Below are positions 48,568 through 58,431 of a DNA stretch of 64,000 nucleotides, piece by piece; positions within the stretch are counted from its first letter, which is position 1, and the number at the start of each line of letters is the position of its first letter. The stretch covers positions 64,001 through 128,000 of IMG/VR virus record IMGVR_UViG_3300014204_000120; one strand, 5' to 3'. The notes beneath the pieces were generated by a model. That model made no database searches and was not told the DNA's origin. It was given only the letters and a program-made list of their open reading frames with translations. This stretch comes from a virus. Lineage: Duplodnaviria; Caudoviricetes. A program made the translations under genes and the position numbers.

Positions 48568-48892
48568 TTTTAATACAAACCATTATATTAAGGTAGTATC
48601 TGCGCGTAAAGAAGCAGGATTACCAGTTGAGAACCGTAATATTATGGTTGAAAGTAATCTAATTGGTAAAAAGGTAATATCTACTTTAAGCAATGAGACT
48701 TTTACTGTTCAAGCCGTGCATAGGTTATGGAAAAACGGTTGGTATGAAATGTTGTTGTTAGTTAATAAAGTCGGAAGTCATTCGATGGCTGTATGGAAGA
48801 TTTTTAATTGTAATGATCAATGTATAGAAAACTTATGTAAAAAAAGTCATACTAATTGGAAAATACTAAGTCATGAACCAATGGAAAGATAA
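48554..48892 (+). CDS. Hypothetical protein
   Basis: Coupled ORF. Confidence 0.6.
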   Translation: MMKFNFNTNHYIKVVSARKEAGLPVENRNIMVESNLIGKKVISTLSNETFTVQAVHRLWKNGWYEMLLLVNKVGSHSMAVWKIFNCNDQCIENLCKKSHTNWKILSHEPMER

Positions 48893-49121
48893 TAGAAATA
48901 AAATAAAACATATTAAAATAATTCATTACTGTTGCTGCTGTTATAAACGTATTGAAACCTATTGGGATGAACAAGGATTACTTCAAGGTAAATGGAAAAC
49001 GTTTGAAGCGATACCAAGTGAGTTATTAAATTGTTATGTTGCAGATCCAAAACTTATATTATGTAATCAATGCTACGGAACAGGTGAATGGAAAAAGAAA
49101 GGAAAAGGAAAATGTGCTTAG
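48873..49121 (+). CDS. Small Cys-rich hypothetical protein
   Basis: CCCC...CNQC. Confidence 0.5.
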   Translation: MNQWKDNRNKIKHIKIIHYCCCCYKRIETYWDEQGLLQGKWKTFEAIPSELLNCYVADPKLILCNQCYGTGEWKKKGKGKCA

Positions 49122-49492
49122 ACTCATTTAAAACACGTAATAATACTTGTGATGTTGGTTATGGGTGGAAGATTTTTAACGAACGTAAAAATAGACAAAT
49201 AAGATTTAGATATAGAAAACACGAGGGGAATTTTATAGTACCTATTAATAAATGGTTGAAGATTAAATCTAAATCATATATTGATTCGTGGGGCGGAAAG
49301 TATCATACTGGTTTTCATATTTATACAGATTATAATGAAGCTAAAAAGATATTTTCATTTATTTCGTTTGACAAAAATTGTATTATAAGGAAGGTTGCAT
49401 TTAAAGGAGTCTATGCTATAGGTAGAGATTCTGGTGTGAAAGTTATAGTAGCCAGAGAAATGTTTGTATTACCTAAGAAGGAAAATGAATGA
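49112..49492 (+). CDS. Hypothetical phage protein (MCL...GWK.F...Y.TGFH)
   Basis: Start moved to MCL. Confidence 0.6.
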   Translation: MCLDSFKTRNNTCDVGYGWKIFNERKNRQIRFRYRKHEGNFIVPINKWLKIKSKSYIDSWGGKYHTGFHIYTDYNEAKKIFSFISFDKNCIIRKVAFKGVYAIGRDSGVKVIVAREMFVLPKKENE

Positions 49493-50418
49493 TATATACA
49501 GAATTGTTTGCTAAAGAACGCTTTGAAGCTCATGAACAATGGATTAAGGATAACTTAATCTATGAATGTATTATGGGCTCACAAGCATATGGATTGGCTA
49601 CAGCAGAATCAGATATTGATATAGTTGCTATAGTTATGCCTCAAGAAATCCATTTATGGCCACAAAAGTATGGTTATATCTTAGGATTTGATTCGTTACC
49701 TAACTTTGAATCTAAAGATATTAAAGGCGAAAAGAAACGTATTCCATATGAAGGTACTGATATAGAAGGAGAATGGACTTCACTAATACGTTTCTTTTAT
49801 CTTGCAGGATTAAAAGGTTCACCCAATCTAATTGAAACTTTATTTGTTAGAAGAAACTTAGTTACTTTTGGTACTGATATTGCATGGAAGTTAAGAGATA
49901 ATGCACAATTGTTTTTAAGTATGCGTTCATTTCATGCTTTTAAAGGTTATGCTTTTGCACAATTACATAGAATTCGTTCAGATATTAAACGAGGTAAAAC
50001 AGATAATCCTAAAAGACAACATTACTTAAATGAATTCGGTTTTGACATTAAAATGGCCTCACAAATTTTAAGACTATTAGATCAGTTAAATCAGATTCTT
50101 GATACTGGTACTTTAGATTTAATGCATAATAAAGAAGAAGCGAAATCTATGCGTGCTGGTACTTGGGGTTCTTGGGATAGGTTTGAAAAGCATGTATTAG
50201 AACAATTAGACTTATTAGAAAAGAAAGCTTTAGTTCAAAATTCTATTTCAAATAAACCAAGATTAGGCGAACTTAAAAATCTATTAACTGAAATTCTTGA
50301 AGATTATTATGGTTCAGAACTTAATATGCAAAAACAAAGCAATGAATATATTTCAGTTAAAGATATTTGGAATAGATTTGATAGACTAGAAGAAAAAATA
50401 AATGAAAGGATTAAGTAA
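49489..50418 (+). CDS. Pol-beta superfamily nucleotidyltransferase (RlaP/YcgL-like)
   Basis: GSQAYGLATAESDID, GSPNLIETLF, F.GYA..Q, FDIKMA. Confidence 0.85.
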   Translation: MIYTELFAKERFEAHEQWIKDNLIYECIMGSQAYGLATAESDIDIVAIVMPQEIHLWPQKYGYILGFDSLPNFESKDIKGEKKRIPYEGTDIEGEWTSLIRFFYLAGLKGSPNLIETLFVRRNLVTFGTDIAWKLRDNAQLFLSMRSFHAFKGYAFAQLHRIRSDIKRGKTDNPKRQHYLNEFGFDIKMASQILRLLDQLNQILDTGTLDLMHNKEEAKSMRAGTWGSWDRFEKHVLEQLDLLEKKALVQNSISNKPRLGELKNLLTEILEDYYGSELNMQKQSNEYISVKDIWNRFDRLEEKINERIK

Positions 50419-50714
50419 TGGATCCTATTTTAACTAAACTGTTTATATTAGATATAATTATGATAGTAATGTTATGGTTTACATTATTTGTAAAAAACCT
50501 ACATATTTCTTATAAAGTTTTAACTGTTTATATATTAATATGGATAGAAATTTTAAAAATGATAAGTAATATTGGAAATTATCTTACTATAATATCCTTA
50601 ATATGTTGGATTGGATTATTAATAACTTATATTTTAGATTATATTATAGATTATTCAAGGAGAACTAAAAACGGATGGAAAAAATCTACTTCGTATCAGG
50701 ACACAGAGACTTAA
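50418..50714 (+). CDS. Small membrane protein
   Basis: Three hydrophobic segments. Confidence 0.55.
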   Translation: MDPILTKLFILDIIMIVMLWFTLFVKNLHISYKVLTVYILIWIEILKMISNIGNYLTIISLICWIGLLITYILDYIIDYSRRTKNGWKKSTSYQDTET

Positions 50715-51037
50715 CGGAAGAAGAATTTAGTAAACATTATGAACAGAAGTTATTTGAAGCAGTTAATGAAGAATCTTCGTTTGTAGTTGGCGATAATAAT
50801 GGTGCAGATACTTTAGCTCAAAAGTATCTTAAAGCCTTAATGGCTGATGTAACGGTTTATCATCGGTCAGATTATCTAAATTATTGTGCTTTTAATAAAA
50901 CAGTTGGGAATTTTTATAGCCAAAAAGAATGTGATGAGGCTATGACTGCTAATTCTTCAGCAGATATAGCATGGGTAAGACCAGGTAATGAAAAATCAAC
51001 TACTTATATAAATTTACAACGGCGAAAGAGAAAATAA
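50675..51037 (+). CDS. Stand-alone SLOG-like protein
   Basis: FVSGHRDL, VGD..GAD.LAQ.Y, MT..S...IAW. Confidence 0.6.
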   Translation: MEKIYFVSGHRDLTEEEFSKHYEQKLFEAVNEESSFVVGDNNGADTLAQKYLKALMADVTVYHRSDYLNYCAFNKTVGNFYSQKECDEAMTANSSADIAWVRPGNEKSTTYINLQRRKRK

Positions 51038-52500
51038 TGATACCTGTTGAAGTTGAAAACAAATCAAATGATAAAAGTTTAGTAGGTAAAGTAATAGAAG
51101 ATCTTGGTGGGGTTGTTTTTGCAATTCAATCAAGTGAATTAGTATTGCATTTGTGTTCTTCTTTATTTAAAAACAATAAGTTTTATCAAGAAACAATTAA
51201 AGGATTAAAGAAAACATTACCAGCAGCTATAACAGGATATAAGGTTTATAATTCTGTTAAAAATTATTATAATGATAAAGGTTTAAAGTATACTAGTCAA
51301 CGAAAAATTCATCACATTGCTACATTAATGCGTTGTTATAATCCTGAAGAAATTTGTACTTATAAGTTTCATTTAGGTAAGGAAATAGTACATTGGTTTT
51401 TAACAAAGCCTGCGACTAATAAATTTAAAATAATAGATTTTTATAATAATGATTTTGAAAAGGTAACAAAAATTACTGAGTCTGGCTGCTATTATATTTT
51501 AATGGAATATGGTATTAAAAAGTTAAATTTAATAGAAATTGAAATTGGACTTAATAATAATATACTTTTATTAACTAATTGTGAAAATAATACAATAGGG
51601 TATAAAGACAATGATTTAATAAGAAGTTATATTTTTAAAGAATTTATTGATAGATTAGATATTAAAAATAATGTTATTGAATATAGACCTTATAGTGGAA
51701 TGTATAGTAGACCTCGTAAAAACATTAATTTCAATATTGATCAATTTAATATGAATGCTTTTTCAGATGAAATTTTAAAATCTATTGAAAAAAAGAAAAG
51801 AAGAGGCTATGTTTTTGTGGGACCTGCAGGAGTTGGTAAATCTACAATAGTTTTAAAATTAGAAAATCTAATAAAGGATATTCCAATTGTTTATATACAA
51901 GCTAATGGAGAAGGAACAGCATCAGACGATATACAAAATATATTTAGATTTTTAAGATCTATTACTCCATGTATAGCTATATTTGAAGATTTAGATGCAT
52001 ATGAACTAACTAATAAACAAGATAGAGTATTTAGTGAATTTTTAGAACAACTAGACGGTGTAAAATATAATGATTGTATTATAATTATAAGTACTATGAA
52101 CGAACCTGAAAACATACATGGTTCTTTATTAAATCGTCGCGGAAGAATTGATAGAGTATTTTTTATTGATTATCCTAAAACCGAAAAAGAAATCTATGAA
52201 ATATTAAAGAATAAATATAATCAAGAAACTAATCAACTTATACCAATTAAAAATATAACTAAAGTGTTTAAAAAGAAAGTACTTAGTTATAAGTTAACTC
52301 ACTCAGATCTATGTGAAATAATAGAATATTTATTTATCAACGACTTACAAATAAATCAATCTAATTTAATGAAAAGTTTAAATGTATTAATTGAGACGAA
52401 GAATGCTATTATAAAATGTATAGATTTAAATCAAAATGATATTAAAGAAGTTGTAGATATTAAAGGAAATCAGCCAACTGCAATTTTACATTCAGAATAA
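51037..52500 (+). CDS. AAA+ ATPase
   Basis: Walker A GPAGVGKS, Walker B FEDLD, SRH RRGRID. Confidence 0.9.
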   Translation: MIPVEVENKSNDKSLVGKVIEDLGGVVFAIQSSELVLHLCSSLFKNNKFYQETIKGLKKTLPAAITGYKVYNSVKNYYNDKGLKYTSQRKIHHIATLMRCYNPEEICTYKFHLGKEIVHWFLTKPATNKFKIIDFYNNDFEKVTKITESGCYYILMEYGIKKLNLIEIEIGLNNNILLLTNCENNTIGYKDNDLIRSYIFKEFIDRLDIKNNVIEYRPYSGMYSRPRKNINFNIDQFNMNAFSDEILKSIEKKKRRGYVFVGPAGVGKSTIVLKLENLIKDIPIVYIQANGEGTASDDIQNIFRFLRSITPCIAIFEDLDAYELTNKQDRVFSEFLEQLDGVKYNDCIIIISTMNEPENIHGSLLNRRGRIDRVFFIDYPKTEKEIYEILKNKYNQETNQLIPIKNITKVFKKKVLSYKLTHSDLCEIIEYLFINDLQINQSNLMKSLNVLIETKNAIIKCIDLNQNDIKEVVDIKGNQPTAILHSE

Positions 52501-52513
52501 AAAGGAGAGAATT

Positions 52514-52666
52514 ATGAGTGAACCTTGGTTGTATCCAGACACAGAATTACGTTCAGATTGTTGTGATGCTGTTGCTGATGGAGAAGTAATTGATGGTATT
52601 GGAATATGTTCTAAATGTAAAGAACATGCTTCATTTACTAACGAAAACGAAGACGATAATCAATAA
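52514..52666 (+). CDS. 50-aa Zn-binding protein (not in ORF track)
   Basis: AAGGAG RBS; SDCCDA...CSKCKEH. Confidence 0.7.
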   Translation: MSEPWLYPDTELRSDCCDAVADGEVIDGIGICSKCKEHASFTNENEDDNQ

Positions 52667-52667
52667 C

Positions 52668-52874
52668 ATGCAATTAAAACAAATAACTAATTTATCTCAA
52701 ATAATCGATCAAGTTAATTTTCATATAAGTTTACTTTTATTACAGATTAATTCTTTAGAAGAAATACGCTATACCATGAAATCGGGATATCAAATAAATA
52801 ATATAGTTGAGACTCAAGTTATTTATCAAGTCGAGTCAAAAATTAAAGATCAAATAAAGGAATTTTATGTTTAA
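52668..52874 (+). CDS. Small hypothetical protein
   Basis: True start likely ATG 52668, after stop of preceding gene. Confidence 0.5.
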   Translation: MQLKQITNLSQIIDQVNFHISLLLLQINSLEEIRYTMKSGYQINNIVETQVIYQVESKIKDQIKEFYV

Positions 52875-54195
52875 ATATAAAAAGATATATGTAGTATTAG
52901 GATTACTTTTATCATTAAATTGTTGTTATATTAAACCGTTAAGTTATCCTAAACCAGAAAATAAAAATAATTATTATTTGAGAGATACGTTGGATAGAAT
53001 AACTATATATCATGGTGTTAATGTTTCAAACTATTCTAAACATTCAGAAGGTAATTTACCGTGGCAATCAAATGAAGATTTTTATAAAATGAAAGATTGG
53101 GGATTTAATATTGTTAGGTACTTAGTCTTTTGGAGTGCAATTGAACCAACTAAAGGTAATTATGATACAGTTTATATTAATAATGTTTTAAATCAAATTA
53201 AGTTTTTAGATAACATAGGAATTACTACTATTATAGATATTCATCAAGATTTATATGCAGATACGTTTGGTGGTAATGGTTTTCCGGATTGGACTATAGA
53301 TGATGATAGTATTCCTTTTGGCGGATTAAAAGAACCTTGGAGTTTAACTTATTTGGATCCTGCAGTTATTGCCTCATATAATAATTTTTGGAATAATAAA
53401 GAATTAAAAACTAAGTATATTAAAATGATAGACCTTCTAGTTAATACATTTGATACTATACCTGGAGTTTTAGGTATAGATGTAATGAATGAGCCTATTC
53501 CAAATAAATCACCTAATAGATTTGAAAGAACAACATTAACTAAGTTTTATTATAATATAGAAAAGGTTTTTGTTGGGTCTAAGTTAAAAATGTTTTTTGA
53601 ACCTTGGATGTCAACTAGTTCTATGCTACCTTCTTGTTTGAATTTTAAACCTAAAGTTTCATCTGTATATTACCCTCATTATTATGATGTATATGTAGAT
53701 GCACAAAAGCCTTATGAAGATCTTAGTAAGAATATAATGAATAATATGTTTCCTTTAAAGATATCTGAAGCTCAAAAGTATGGTGTTCCTATAATGATTG
53801 GAGAGTTTGGAGTCTCTTTAAATTATAATAACTTTCTTAAAGATTTATTGAATATCTATGATAAATATAATGTAGGATGGTGTTATTACGCTTATGATAA
53901 ACTTTCATATAGTTATTATGGTATATTAGATGATAATGGTAATTTAAGACCTCAAATGAAGTACTTAGTTAGAGCATATCCACAAAAGATAGCCGGTAAT
54001 AATCCAAAATGGCAAACAACAGAACACGAATTTACTTTACAATATGAAAAGCATGGTAATGGTCAAACAGAAATTTATATACCTAGAACTGATAGTATTA
54101 CAATTATAACATATGGTTCTTGGCTTTTGGACGGAAAAATGTTATATTATACAAATACAGATAGTTTATTACAACAAATTAGGATAACTTATTAA
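52867..54195 (+). CDS. Glycoside hydrolase family 5 (endoglycoceramidase-like), signal peptide
   Basis: HGVNV, GFNIVR, DIHQD, NEP acid/base, GEFG nucleophile, RAYPQKIAG. Confidence 0.88.
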   Translation: MFKYKKIYVVLGLLLSLNCCYIKPLSYPKPENKNNYYLRDTLDRITIYHGVNVSNYSKHSEGNLPWQSNEDFYKMKDWGFNIVRYLVFWSAIEPTKGNYDTVYINNVLNQIKFLDNIGITTIIDIHQDLYADTFGGNGFPDWTIDDDSIPFGGLKEPWSLTYLDPAVIASYNNFWNNKELKTKYIKMIDLLVNTFDTIPGVLGIDVMNEPIPNKSPNRFERTTLTKFYYNIEKVFVGSKLKMFFEPWMSTSSMLPSCLNFKPKVSSVYYPHYYDVYVDAQKPYEDLSKNIMNNMFPLKISEAQKYGVPIMIGEFGVSLNYNNFLKDLLNIYDKYNVGWCYYAYDKLSYSYYGILDDNGNLRPQMKYLVRAYPQKIAGNNPKWQTTEHEFTLQYEKHGNGQTEIYIPRTDSITIITYGSWLLDGKMLYYTNTDSLLQQIRITY

Positions 54196-54203
54196 GGTTA
54201 AAT

Positions 54204-54377
54204 ATGATAGATCAATTAATACCAGTTGCAAATAATGATGATTCTAAGTTTATAGTACTTTTAAAATTGATAATAGGTGTATCAACATCAATTATTATAG
54301 GAATATTATCAATAAGTAGTGCTATTAGAGTTTTAAATCTTAAACATAAGAAGATTGGATTTAGAAATGACGCATGA
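54204..54377 (+). CDS. 57-aa membrane protein (not in ORF track)
   Basis: ATG after AAGG; one hydrophobic helix. Confidence 0.5.
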   Translation: MIDQLIPVANNDDSKFIVLLKLIIGVSTSIIIGILSISSAIRVLNLKHKKIGFRNDA

Positions 54378-54552
54378 ACAAAAAATCATTGACGGTTGTT
54401 ATAAAGTAGGCCAAAATACAGGCGATTGTGTTTTTGGTGGTACATATAGGCTATGTCGCCGAACTGTTATAATAATAACTACTCTTTTATTTGGATTGAT
54501 ATTTTTTATATATGGACTAATACATTTTAAACAAAAGCATTTAAACAATTAA
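54367..54552 (+). CDS. Small membrane protein
   Basis: One hydrophobic helix. Confidence 0.45.
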   Translation: MTHEQKIIDGCYKVGQNTGDCVFGGTYRLCRRTVIIITTLLFGLIFFIYGLIHFKQKHLNN

Positions 54553-54580
54553 CAGAAAAGGATACTAAGGAAGGTTTCAG

Positions 54581-54751
54581 ATGAGTAAAACGTTTTCAGA
54601 TGAGTACTATGATACTTTTGGAAAAAAGAAGGATAAAGGTAAGCATAAACAGAAAAGAAAAGATGTTAAAGCATTTTTAAGAAATCTTAAAATCGATGAT
54701 ATTGATAACGATGAAGCTAGTGACTGGGAAGATAAATTAACAGATGAATAA
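54581..54751 (+). CDS. 56-aa basic/acidic bipartite protein (not in ORF track)
   Basis: MSKTFSDEYYDTFGKKKDKGKHKQKRK...DDIDNDEASDWEDKLTDE; RBS. Confidence 0.6.
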   Translation: MSKTFSDEYYDTFGKKKDKGKHKQKRKDVKAFLRNLKIDDIDNDEASDWEDKLTDE

Positions 54752-54816
54752 CTAAAGAAAGGAATATAAATAAGAGCACAGCTGAAGTATTAAACAAAAG
54801 CTGTAAGTGGGAAGGA

Positions 54817-55089
54817 ATGGATAAGAAACAGGCGTATTTGTTTTGTAAATTCCTTGAAACTGAAATGAAGAAGATTGATCTTGATAAATGGTACGAAGGT
54901 GAAAAAATCAATAAAGATCCGGGTCAATCTTATATTGTAGAATGGATTAAGTTAAATGCTGCTAATTGGCGTAAAGAATGGGAAGAGTCTTTATGTCAAC
55001 ATTGTAATAATTGGAAAACTTGTGGTTATTTATTAACTAAAGAATGTAAAATATTTGAATTTGATAAGCACGAAGACAATATTAAATAA
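54817..55089 (+). CDS. Hypothetical protein (KWYE.EK..D.G...WI...A..WR)
   Basis: Motif-like pattern; RBS. Confidence 0.65.
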   Translation: MDKKQAYLFCKFLETEMKKIDLDKWYEGEKINKDPGQSYIVEWIKLNAANWRKEWEESLCQHCNNWKTCGYLLTKECKIFEFDKHEDNIK

Positions 55090-55105
55090 TTGAAAGGAAC
55101 ATTAA

Positions 55106-56197
55106 ATGTGGCGAGAACTATCTGATGATTTTCCTAGGTTTAGTAATTCAATAGATGTTCATGTTCATTTATTTAATTACAAAAGTGTGCCGGATAAGTT
55201 TTTAGGTTTTAGAATACCTTTTCGTCAAAAAACATTTATCTTTTTACGCAATATAACTAAAGCATTAGGATTCATTAGTCAAAATGCAAGTATAACAGGA
55301 GCAGCATATTTTTTAGATTTATTTAGAAAAACTGATATAGATATTTTACAAAAGGTTTTAAGTTGTTATCCAGCTGATACTATATTATGTCCGTTGCTTA
55401 TGGATATGGAACATAGTATTGGCGGTAAAGAAAAAATAACTTATCAGCAACAAATTGATGATATGTATGATTTATGTGAGTTATATCCTGGTAAATTGTT
55501 ACCTTTCTTATGTTTAAATCCTCTTAATCCGCATATGTATGAATTATTTAACGAACACTTATTAAATAGAACTGTTTTTTGGGGAGTTAAAATATATCCT
55601 TCGTTAGGTTATTTACCTTCTGATAAAAGATTATTACCTGTTTATAAAAAATGTGAAGAGTTAGGTATACCAATAATAGCTCATTCTACTATTGGGCCGG
55701 TTCATATAACGGATCATCATTTAAAAAATATTAATGGAATTAAAATAGTTGATAATGTTCCTGTTGAGTTTACTGATGATAAATGGTTTTGGACTAAGAA
55801 CGATTATGCAGAGTATTTTAATCATCCGCGAAATTGGGAATCTGTAATGTTTATGTTTCCAAACTTGATTTTAAATTTAGCTCATTTTGGTGGATTTGAT
55901 ATAACAACTAAAAAAGGTACTTGGACCAGTCGTATTATTAATTTAATGACACGATATAGTAAGGTATATTCAGATATTTCATTTGTTTTATCTGATAAAA
56001 AAATAATTAAACCTTTAAGAGAGTTAATTGAAAATAATCCTATAGTTGCTGATAAAGTTCTATATGGAACAGATTATTATATGATTGAAATAGAAGGTCA
56101 TTTTAGAGACAGCATAACAAGGTTTAGCGCTGCTATGGGTCAAAAGAATATGGATAAGTTATATAGCAACAATAAACAATTTTTATTTCATTCATAA
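55106..56197 (+). CDS. Amidohydrolase family (TIM-barrel metallohydrolase)
   Basis: DVHVH, GVKIYP.LG, AHFGG, YGTDY. Confidence 0.88.
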   Translation: MWRELSDDFPRFSNSIDVHVHLFNYKSVPDKFLGFRIPFRQKTFIFLRNITKALGFISQNASITGAAYFLDLFRKTDIDILQKVLSCYPADTILCPLLMDMEHSIGGKEKITYQQQIDDMYDLCELYPGKLLPFLCLNPLNPHMYELFNEHLLNRTVFWGVKIYPSLGYLPSDKRLLPVYKKCEELGIPIIAHSTIGPVHITDHHLKNINGIKIVDNVPVEFTDDKWFWTKNDYAEYFNHPRNWESVMFMFPNLILNLAHFGGFDITTKKGTWTSRIINLMTRYSKVYSDISFVLSDKKIIKPLRELIENNPIVADKVLYGTDYYMIEIEGHFRDSITRFSAAMGQKNMDKLYSNNKQFLFHS

Positions 56198-56202
56198 ACT
56201 CA

Positions 56203-56231
56203 TTGATATTTATAAACGCATATATTATATT
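56203..56231 (+). promoter_or_regulatory. Sigma70-type promoter TTGATA-17-TATATT
   Basis: Intergenic; matches the window consensus. Confidence 0.6.
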
Positions 56232-56248
56232 ACAATAATTGGAACGTC

Positions 56249-56668
56249 ATGAAAATACCAAAAGATAAGTCTAAGCGTAAACGTAATGAGATATTAAAAA
56301 CTAAAAAATGTAGTTTTCCTGGATGTGAAGTAACTTTTGAAGGAACTGGTAAATCAAAGTATTGTTTAGAACACTGTCTTAAAAAATACCGTAAAATAAT
56401 TGATGAAGATAAAAATAATAAAGAAAAATTAAAATTATTAAGTTCTAATCAATTAATAGAACATGATTATATTACTCCAGTTGTATTAGATTTAAAATGC
56501 GCTTTAGAAGATTGCAATAATCATTTTGAGATTATTTTGTTACCGAGAGTTAATGTATATCCACAATACTGCGAGGCGCACAGAAATGTCTACAAACGAA
56601 CGTTCTTTGTCCAAAACAGAAATAAAGTGCGAACAGAAATGCAAACTGAAGTATTGCCTAAACAATGA
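56249..56668 (+). CDS. Protein with two C-x4-C...YC..H Zn fingers
   Basis: CSFPGC...YCLEH; CALEDC...YCEAH. Confidence 0.7.
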   Translation: MKIPKDKSKRKRNEILKTKKCSFPGCEVTFEGTGKSKYCLEHCLKKYRKIIDEDKNNKEKLKLLSSNQLIEHDYITPVVLDLKCALEDCNNHFEIILLPRVNVYPQYCEAHRNVYKRTFFVQNRNKVRTEMQTEVLPKQ

Positions 56669-56927
56669 AAATGAATTGTGTTCTTTAATTAAACCATTTG
56701 CAAAACTGATTAAACCTGATAGTATTCACTGCGAATTTTTTGAAGATGATTTTGAAAAGTCTTGGAAAAATTATAAAGAACGAGGAGGTACTATCGGAGC
56801 CTTAATTAGATTAAAAAAGAAATTACCATTTGATGCAGATATAAGTAGTAAATCTAAAACAAACAAAAAGAATAATAAAAAGAATAAATCGGAACCAGAA
56901 ACTAATAACTTAGATGAAATAATTTAA
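56586..56927 (+). CDS. Hypothetical protein
   Basis: Start moved to ATG 56586 after GAGG. Confidence 0.55.
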   Translation: MSTNERSLSKTEIKCEQKCKLKYCLNNENELCSLIKPFAKLIKPDSIHCEFFEDDFEKSWKNYKERGGTIGALIRLKKKLPFDADISSKSKTNKKNNKKNKSEPETNNLDEII

Positions 56928-56941
56928 CCAAAGGATGCTAT

Positions 56942-57265
56942 ATGTACTTTGTAAAAACATATAAATCGGGTGGTGAAGATTACGATCCAAGACAGAGAAC
57001 CTGGGCTCTTTTTAAATGCGGTTTGTGTAATAAAGACAATGTAATTGATATAACACGTATCAAGGATACTTTTGACTTTTCTTGTGAACGTAGATGTGAA
57101 AAATGTGGTATGATAAATTCTGAAGACAAGATACTAAATATGAAAGCTCAATTGAATAAATTAACTGTTGAAAAGTCTAGAATACAAATTCAAATAGAAC
57201 AAATTGAAAGAGAATTAAACGAAGCTACATCAATGAAAGGATTAGTTAATGAAAAACAAATCTAA
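56942..57265 (+). CDS. Zn-ribbon plus coiled-coil protein
   Basis: CGLC...CEKC then heptad region. Confidence 0.65.
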   Translation: MYFVKTYKSGGEDYDPRQRTWALFKCGLCNKDNVIDITRIKDTFDFSCERRCEKCGMINSEDKILNMKAQLNKLTVEKSRIQIQIEQIERELNEATSMKGLVNEKQI

Positions 57266-57506
57266 TGAATATAATGTTGTAATATATTCAGGAGAACATA
57301 AAATATTTACTAGTTTATCATTTAATGAATCTTTTTTAGAAACTAAAAGAAAAGAAATTGAAGAATTACTTACAGATTTAAAAAATAATCAATTATCACA
57401 TATGGAATGTAGAGACGAAAATAATAACATAACTTTTATACCTTATACTGTATTATCAAGTTCACGCATAATATTAAATAGAATAGAAAATGAAAAAAAG
57501 GAATAA
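57249..57506 (+). CDS. Hypothetical protein
   Basis: Coupled ORF. Confidence 0.55.
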   Translation: MKNKSNEYNVVIYSGEHKIFTSLSFNESFLETKRKEIEELLTDLKNNQLSHMECRDENNNITFIPYTVLSSSRIILNRIENEKKE

Positions 57507-57508
57507 TA

Positions 57509-57730
57509 ATGATTACTTCCTGCCAAAATAAATTTTGTATTAATAATGAAAAAGGTTTGTACTTTTGTAATTGTAAAAGATGTGATAGTACTAAATCAGC
57601 AAGTTATTTGGGTGTTTGTAAAAAATTAAAAATGTATAATGATTCAATGAATAAAAATGAAAACGATTATCAAACTCTTTATGAAGAATATGTTTATTTA
57701 AGAAGAGGAGAAGAAATTCGTGGAATATAA
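57509..57730 (+). CDS. Small Cys-rich hypothetical protein
   Basis: RBS; several Cys. Confidence 0.55.
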   Translation: MITSCQNKFCINNEKGLYFCNCKRCDSTKSASYLGVCKKLKMYNDSMNKNENDYQTLYEEYVYLRRGEEIRGI

Positions 57731-58430
57731 ATTTTCAATGGATTTTTGGAATAAAGATCATATTAGAAACTTCAATAGAATTAGAAATTATTTCTTTTAT
57801 GAAGACGAACATTTATATATACCCGGATTTTTAAGTTTTTTAGAAATTGGTGTTTTTGAAGGTAGAACTTCAACTTGGTTGTTAGATAATATATTATTAA
57901 ATGATGAAGATGGTAGTAGCGATTGTTTAACACTAATAGATCCAGATGTTGGTCCAAACTTTAATTATAATATGCAAAAATGGTTAATTGAAGGTGAATT
58001 AACTGAAGAAGGTAAAAAACGTATTAACTTTATTAAAGATTATTCATATAACGCATTACCAAAACTTAAAACCGAAAACAAGTTATTTGATTTAATTTAT
58101 ATTGATGGTGATCATAATGCTTGTGGTGTATTAGAAGATGCTGTCATGGCATGGAAATTATTAAAAGAAAATGGTATTTTATTGTTTGATGATTATCTTA
58201 TGGAAGTGAAGGATTCATGGTTTTATATATCTCATAAAGAATTCAATCAGCATCATAGCTTAGTCTGGCAACATCCAAGAAATGCTATAGATTGCTTTCT
58301 TAATATATATAAAGGGCAATACGAAATCATAATAGATAATTATCAAATTGGAATAAGAAAAGTCTGTGATTTAGGGGCAAAGAACCTTAATCATGGTGAT
58401 AATACCCAAAAAGCTATTTACGAGGTATAA
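57720..58430 (+). CDS. Class I SAM methyltransferase (Methyltransf_24-like)
   Basis: LEIGVFEG.T, FDLIYIDGDH, FDDY. Confidence 0.85.
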   Translation: MEYKFSMDFWNKDHIRNFNRIRNYFFYEDEHLYIPGFLSFLEIGVFEGRTSTWLLDNILLNDEDGSSDCLTLIDPDVGPNFNYNMQKWLIEGELTEEGKKRINFIKDYSYNALPKLKTENKLFDLIYIDGDHNACGVLEDAVMAWKLLKENGILLFDDYLMEVKDSWFYISHKEFNQHHSLVWQHPRNAIDCFLNIYKGQYEIIIDNYQIGIRKVCDLGAKNLNHGDNTQKAIYEV

Positions 58431-58431
58431 A

